A program made the position numbers and the translations under genes. Positions 45,157-49,820 of a stretch of DNA of 49,820 bases are shown in pieces (position 1 is the first letter of the stretch; each line of letters opens with the position of its first letter). The DNA comes from a virus (lineage: Duplodnaviria > Caudoviricetes). Where the stretch lies: positions 1 to 49,820 of the IMG/VR virus record IMGVR_UViG_3300030037_000007. One strand, written 5' to 3'. Under the pieces are notes generated by a model. The model worked only from the letters and a program-made list of their open reading frames with translations, had not been told where the DNA came from and made no database searches.

Positions 45157-45552
45157 ATGAAGCAAGTATTTTCAACACTAACATCAGATCAAGAATATTC
45201 CCTACACCAGAAAGGACAGAGAGCAGGCGAGCCAGCATTACTTGAAGTCATTAACGGAAAGCCAGCCACCATAAAAATTAAAGGCGGTCACGGCGTAGCT
45301 AACGAACATTTCCAAACAGCGGAAGGCGTATGCACAAATGTTGAAGACGATGTATACGAAGTTTTAGCAACTATCCCTATGTTTAAGCGACACCAGGACG
45401 CCGGTTTTATTAAGGTTTATGGAAAGAAAGAAGCGCCAGCAACGCCAGAGCAAGCAGCTAAAGATATGGCAGCAAAAGACGGAAGCGCTCCATTAGTTGA
45501 CGCTGATTTTCAGGCAGGGCAAGCACCTACATTGACACAGGCAACGGCGTAA
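45157..45552 (+). CDS. Conserved post-capsid virion-associated protein
   Basis: V.STL..DQ.Y, I.GG.GVAN...T..GV.T and F.RH...GFI motifs. Synteny. Confidence 0.7.
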   Translation: MKQVFSTLTSDQEYSLHQKGQRAGEPALLEVINGKPATIKIKGGHGVANEHFQTAEGVCTNVEDDVYEVLATIPMFKRHQDAGFIKVYGKKEAPATPEQAAKDMAAKDGSAPLVDADFQAGQAPTLTQATA

Positions 45553-45555
45553 ACC

Positions 45556-45999
45556 ATGGCTAAAATCGCTTTCAACGCATCCAGATTGCGGGCATCAATA
45601 CCGGCGTTTGCTAACGAGACGCTTTATCCGTCAGCCGTTTTACAAATGAAATGGGTTGTTGCAACGTGCGTTGTTAGCGATGATGACGACGGTTTTGTGT
45701 TGACAGAAAGACAACGTGAATGTGTGCTTGATTTATTTGTTGCGCATTTGTTGGAAATTGACTCCATGATTGCTATGGGTCAGAACGTCGTCAATATTCA
45801 GGGGGCAAGCGTTGACAAGGTAAGCGTCACAGCAACGCCCCCAGTTGCGTCTACGGGATTACAATTGTGGTTCCAGACAACGCCACATGGCCAATTGATT
45901 AGAACCATATTGCAGGCAAACACCAGAGGAGGTTTTTATATAGGCGGGTCTGCTACAGAGAAGCGCTCATTCCGTCGTGCTGGTGGCGTGTTTAGATAA
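45556..45999 (+). CDS. Head-tail adaptor (DUF4054-like)
   Basis: FR...P.F, L..AHL, A.VDKVSV and W...TP.GQ motifs. Confidence 0.8.
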   Translation: MAKIAFNASRLRASIPAFANETLYPSAVLQMKWVVATCVVSDDDDGFVLTERQRECVLDLFVAHLLEIDSMIAMGQNVVNIQGASVDKVSVTATPPVASTGLQLWFQTTPHGQLIRTILQANTRGGFYIGGSATEKRSFRRAGGVFR

Positions 46000-46550
46000 T
46001 GGCGAGGGTCATTAGAGTTAAAGGCGGGGCTATGGAAGGTCTGCTAATGCGCCTTGAAGAGCTTGAAAAAACCAAGCTAAAGATAGGCGTTTTTGAATCT
46101 GCCAAGTATGAGGACGGCACACCGGTTGCGGGTGTAGCAGCGGTTCAGGAATTGGGCTCGCCTAAAATGGGCATTCCACCTAGACCGTTTTTTAGAACAA
46201 CAGCCGAAGAGAAGAAGGGCGAATGGGGCAGCCTATTCGAGCGCGCATCAAAGGCCATTGTTGAGGGTAAAATCTCCCCTTATGACGCAATGGATAGAAT
46301 TGGCTTACAAGTGGCCGGCCAAATCAAAACAACCATAACCAATATTCAAGCCCCACCATTAAGCCCAGTCACATTACACCTTCGAAAACTCAAGCAGCAA
46401 GGCGAAACTATTACAGGTAGCATCGTTGCAGGGGTCAAGCAAAAGGCAGCCAAGGGCGAAGAACTAGACACTTCTGGCGTATCCACAAAGCCACTCGTTG
46501 ATGATGCCATTCTATTAAACTCAATAACTCACGCGGTAGAGGAAACATGA
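45999..46550 (+). CDS. Neck protein
   Basis: Y.DGTPVA.VA...E.G...IPPRPF.R and KPL.D...L.NSIT motifs. Confidence 0.8.
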   Translation: MARVIRVKGGAMEGLLMRLEELEKTKLKIGVFESAKYEDGTPVAGVAAVQELGSPKMGIPPRPFFRTTAEEKKGEWGSLFERASKAIVEGKISPYDAMDRIGLQVAGQIKTTITNIQAPPLSPVTLHLRKLKQQGETITGSIVAGVKQKAAKGEELDTSGVSTKPLVDDAILLNSITHAVEET

Positions 46551-46915
46551 GCACACCAGGAAGTAATCTGTTAAACCTTGCAGGCAGAGTTATACAGTTT
46601 CAAAAAATAGAGCTATTGCCATTTGTTAGCAGGGTCAAGAATGAAGCGCGGGTATATATAAACTCGTATGGGGCTCCGGTACCTATAGGGGGATCAGCGC
46701 AACCAGTATCGGCGGCTTCATATGCCGCGTTAGGCTTGGAGCGTAAAAAGGTTTATTTAATGATATGGACTTCGGCAAGTATTGCAGGCGTCGGCCTTGA
46801 TACATCTAGCGACCGTATCCGATATAACAACAAGATCTATAAAGCGGTTGATGATACCGATTGGAAAGCACAGGACGGTTGGCAAGGGCTAATGTTCGTC
46901 GAGGTGAAATCATGA
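46547..46915 (+). CDS. Head closure / stopper protein
   Basis: PG.NLL..A, GS.QPV and DW..QDGW motifs. Confidence 0.7.
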   Translation: MSTPGSNLLNLAGRVIQFQKIELLPFVSRVKNEARVYINSYGAPVPIGGSAQPVSAASYAALGLERKKVYLMIWTSASIAGVGLDTSSDRIRYNNKIYKAVDDTDWKAQDGWQGLMFVEVKS

Positions 46916-47460
46916 ATGACACGAAACTGATTAACATCATATGCACAGCTTTAGAGGCTGGCTTAGTGTCACAGGGCTATGTTGACCCAGATGTCTTGCA
47001 ATCGTACCAGCCAGAGCAGCAGGGTTCACCATCGGGCGAGGCTTGGTACATTCACAAGATAGGCCCTATACATAAATACGGTCACACTCAAAAAACAAAC
47101 AAGCTCAATCAGACAACCGGCGTTATTGATCTGGTGGAGGCTCGAGTGCTCGAGCGTAAATACCAAATAACAGCATTAAAAAAGCAGGCCCCAGAAGAGT
47201 TAACGCAAACAGTTAAAACGGCTGATGACATGGCAGAGGAAGCGGCAGCCATAATGCAGGGGCAAGTCTTTGTTAATGCGCTAAGATTAGAGGGTCTGCG
47301 AATGATGCGGATTACCGACATTAGAACGCCATACTTCACTGATCAGCATGACCAAAATGATATTTCGCCAAATTTTGATTTTACGGTAACATATAGCAAG
47401 CAGCTAGCCTCTATCGTACAACCGGTAGTGGACTACACTGTACAAATTAACCGAGTGTAA
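46912..47460 (+). CDS. Tail completion / terminator protein
   Basis: Q.YQP.QQG and R.TDIR.PYF.D..D....P.FDF motifs. ATG 46912 with RBS GAGGTG. Confidence 0.75.
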   Translation: MNDTKLINIICTALEAGLVSQGYVDPDVLQSYQPEQQGSPSGEAWYIHKIGPIHKYGHTQKTNKLNQTTGVIDLVEARVLERKYQITALKKQAPEELTQTVKTADDMAEEAAAIMQGQVFVNALRLEGLRMMRITDIRTPYFTDQHDQNDISPNFDFTVTYSKQLASIVQPVVDYTVQINRV

Positions 47461-47473
47461 CGGAGCATAAACA

Positions 47474-48976
47474 ATGCCTATCCCTCAAAGTAGATATATT
47501 GAAATAACTTCGGCAAAGGGGGGAGGCACACCCGTACCGTTGCGCGAATTAACAGCCAGATTATTTACAACTAATTTGCTGGTACCAACCTCGTCAACCT
47601 TATCATTTTCAACGCTCGAATTAGTTGGTGATATGTTTGGCACAACATCTGTTGAATGGATGCGTGCGGCTTTTCACTTTGGATTTATTGGCAAGCAGAT
47701 TTCTAGCCCTAGAACTATACAGTTCTCTCGCTGGACTAATGCGGATTCAGTGCCTCGCATTTATGGCGCAACAGGTGGCCAATCATTCTCTACCTATACC
47801 CCTATCACTGACGGATCATTGACGCTTACCATTGGCGCAGAGACTCTCGATTTAACCGGGTTAAACTTTGGAGCAGCAACGGACATAGCCGGTGTTGCAG
47901 CAATATTGCAGGCAGGCGTACAAACAGGAACAGGCACGCAGTTCTCAGCGGCAACCGTTGTTTATGACGCTGTACGGGCTTCGTTTAATCTTGTTGGTGG
48001 TGAGGCTGTAGTTGCGGCCATATCCATTGCGGCAGGGTCAGCAGGAACCGACGTTAGCGGCTTGATTGGCTGGCGCAATGCTACAGCCTTGCTTTCTGCC
48101 GGACTGCTTGAAGAAACCCCAGTAGACGCCGTTAGCAATAGCGCAGTGTATAGCAACAACTTTGGCTCATTCGCTTATCTTGATGCACTGACACAAGCAC
48201 AAATTGTTGCAGTGGCACAATGGACGCACGCTCAAAACGTCGTGTATCAGTATCATGTTCCAGTATTGACGGCAGATTACAGCGCCATTAGTGCGGCAGT
48301 GGCTAACCTTTCCGGTGTTGGATTGACGGCACAAGGCCCAACAGGTGAATTCCACGAACAGCTACCAATGGCCATACTTGCGGCAACAGACTTTACTCGT
48401 CGAAATGCTGCACAAAATTACATGTACCAGACTGGAGCGTTATCGCCAACGGTATTTACAGGTACAGAAGCCAATACCCTTGACGATTTGCGCCTCAACT
48501 ATTACGGGCAAACGCAAACAGCCGGACAAACACGCTCTTTCTATCAGCGCGGTTATTTAATGGGCGGAACGACGGCACCCGTTGATATGGGCGTTTTTGC
48601 AAATGAGCAGTGGTTGAAAGACAGCATTGCGGCTGGTCTTGCTACGCTACTTCAAAATAGCCCAGGTGTACCGGCTAGCGATGTTGGTCGTGGTCAGGTT
48701 GTTGGCTCCATTCAGAACGGCACTATTCCAACGGCATCATTAAATGGCGCTATCAGTGTAGGCCGAACGCTAACAGAATTAGAGCGTCAATTTGTAACGT
48801 CGGTTACTGGCGATGAGCTTGCATTTCAGCAGATCGAAACGCTTGGTTATTGGCTCGATGCTAATATAATTTCACGCACGGTTAATAACGTACAAGAGTT
48901 TATTGCTCAGTACACATTGATCTACGCACGCAATAACACTATTCGCAAAGTCGAAGGTTCTGACATTCTTATTTAA
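47474..48976 (+). CDS. Tail sheath protein (DUF3383-like)
   Basis: NNFGSF, R.NYYG.TQ.AG...FYQRG.L.G and NE.WLK motifs. 500 aa. Confidence 0.9.
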   Translation: MPIPQSRYIEITSAKGGGTPVPLRELTARLFTTNLLVPTSSTLSFSTLELVGDMFGTTSVEWMRAAFHFGFIGKQISSPRTIQFSRWTNADSVPRIYGATGGQSFSTYTPITDGSLTLTIGAETLDLTGLNFGAATDIAGVAAILQAGVQTGTGTQFSAATVVYDAVRASFNLVGGEAVVAAISIAAGSAGTDVSGLIGWRNATALLSAGLLEETPVDAVSNSAVYSNNFGSFAYLDALTQAQIVAVAQWTHAQNVVYQYHVPVLTADYSAISAAVANLSGVGLTAQGPTGEFHEQLPMAILAATDFTRRNAAQNYMYQTGALSPTVFTGTEANTLDDLRLNYYGQTQTAGQTRSFYQRGYLMGGTTAPVDMGVFANEQWLKDSIAAGLATLLQNSPGVPASDVGRGQVVGSIQNGTIPTASLNGAISVGRTLTELERQFVTSVTGDELAFQQIETLGYWLDANIISRTVNNVQEFIAQYTLIYARNNTIRKVEGSDILI

Positions 48977-48988
48977 GGGGATTAGAAA

Positions 48989-49432
48989 ATGATTGATGTT
49001 TCAGGCTTTGGGCTTGGTGTCCATTTGGTAGCAAGCAATACATACCCGGTTGGGATACCGTTGTCAGCATTTGCCGATGACGCAGACCCTATGGATATTC
49101 CAGGCATTGAATTAGCACAGGTTGCTATGGGTCTAAATGGCGATCTTATTACATGGTCGTCCGCTAATCCCATAGGCGTTACGCTTAACATGATACCTAA
49201 CAGCGATGACGATTTGGCGCTATCTGTTCTTGGAGAGCGCAACCGTGTTGGTCGTGGCAAAACTTCGGCGCGTGATGTGATTACCCTTGTGGCTGTTTAT
49301 CCAGATAGCCGCATTGTGACATTCACGCAAGGCAAGATAACCACAGCGGCGCCAGGAAACAGCATTGCAAGCGCAGGACGTTACAAGTCTAAAGGCTATG
49401 TATTCATGTTTGAAAATAAGGCTGGCGTTTAA
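48989..49432 (+). CDS. Tail tube protein
   Basis: D.SGFG....L.AS.T.P.G...FADDADP motif. Follows the sheath gene. Confidence 0.85.
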   Translation: MIDVSGFGLGVHLVASNTYPVGIPLSAFADDADPMDIPGIELAQVAMGLNGDLITWSSANPIGVTLNMIPNSDDDLALSVLGERNRVGRGKTSARDVITLVAVYPDSRIVTFTQGKITTAAPGNSIASAGRYKSKGYVFMFENKAGV

Positions 49433-49820
49433 TGATTGAGCCTAAGCAGGTAACTATCAAAACGCAGGCAGGAGACGAGCGGGTTTATACGATCGGCAAG
49501 TTTCCTGCAATGGCAGGGCGTGAAATTATCACTCAGTACCCAGTGACCGCAGCGCCGAAAATTGGCGACTACGAAGCTAATCAGAAAATGATGTTAAAAT
49601 TGATGGCTTATGTAGAGGTTAAAGCCGGTGACGTTCCTATGGCTTTGGGCAGTCAGTCTGCAATTGATAACCACGTACCTGATTGGCAAACGCTGATGAA
49701 GCTAGAAAAGGAGGTGTTAGAATATAATTGCTCTTTTTTCGCACAAGGCAAGCTCTTGGTTTTCTTGGAGGGTTTAGCAGCTCAAGCCCTACCGTCGATC
49801 ATAAAAACGTTGACGGATTC
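49432..49820 (+). CDS. Tail assembly chaperone (3' truncated), with probable -1 frameshift
   Basis: TAATG coupling. MIEPKQV...KFPA.AGREI..QYP...IDNHVPDW..L..LE...LEYNCSFF. Runs off the window. Confidence 0.8.
   Translation, partial: MIEPKQVTIKTQAGDERVYTIGKFPAMAGREIITQYPVTAAPKIGDYEANQKMMLKLMAYVEVKAGDVPMALGSQSAIDNHVPDWQTLMKLEKEVLEYNCSFFAQGKLLVFLEGLAAQALPSIIKTLTD

Noticed and set aside
104-49260. Numerous antisense and alternate-frame ORFs in the track (e.g. 104-514, 18683-19252, 34299-34748, 42682-43140)
   Set aside because: They are shadows of well-supported genes on the other strand or frame, with no recognisable motifs.

Overview
Near-complete, circularly permuted genome of a contractile-tailed dsDNA phage with a Bcep781/AP22/Aaphi23-type virion module. 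The window opens inside the tape-measure gene and ends inside the tail-assembly-chaperone gene. Order: baseplate, fibre and adhesin genes (1-14.2 kb); a holin-like gene; a leftward early region with a PagP-like outer-membrane barrel, VRR-NUC nuclease, RecT and RecE-like exonuclease (14.7-21.2 kb); a rightward region with a Cro-like regulator, HNH, M15A endolysin, holin, many small genes, a Phd-like protein and a replication initiator with internal iterons (21.3-32.7 kb); a second adhesin cassette (32.9-37.7 kb); then terminase, head and tail genes. I saw no integrase, CI-type repressor, tRNA, CRISPR array or reverse transcriptase. The host is probably a Gram-negative proteobacterium (inference). 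The most notable unannotated structure is a regulatory layer. It has five copies of a 14-bp palindromic operator in sigma70-type promoter regions, plus two promoter- and terminator-bounded candidate small RNAs. One has a ChiX-like Hfq architecture and could pair with late-gene translation starts. The other has GGUU loops complementary to an AACCAG leader shared by early genes. All family calls come from motif recognition by eye, not database searches.
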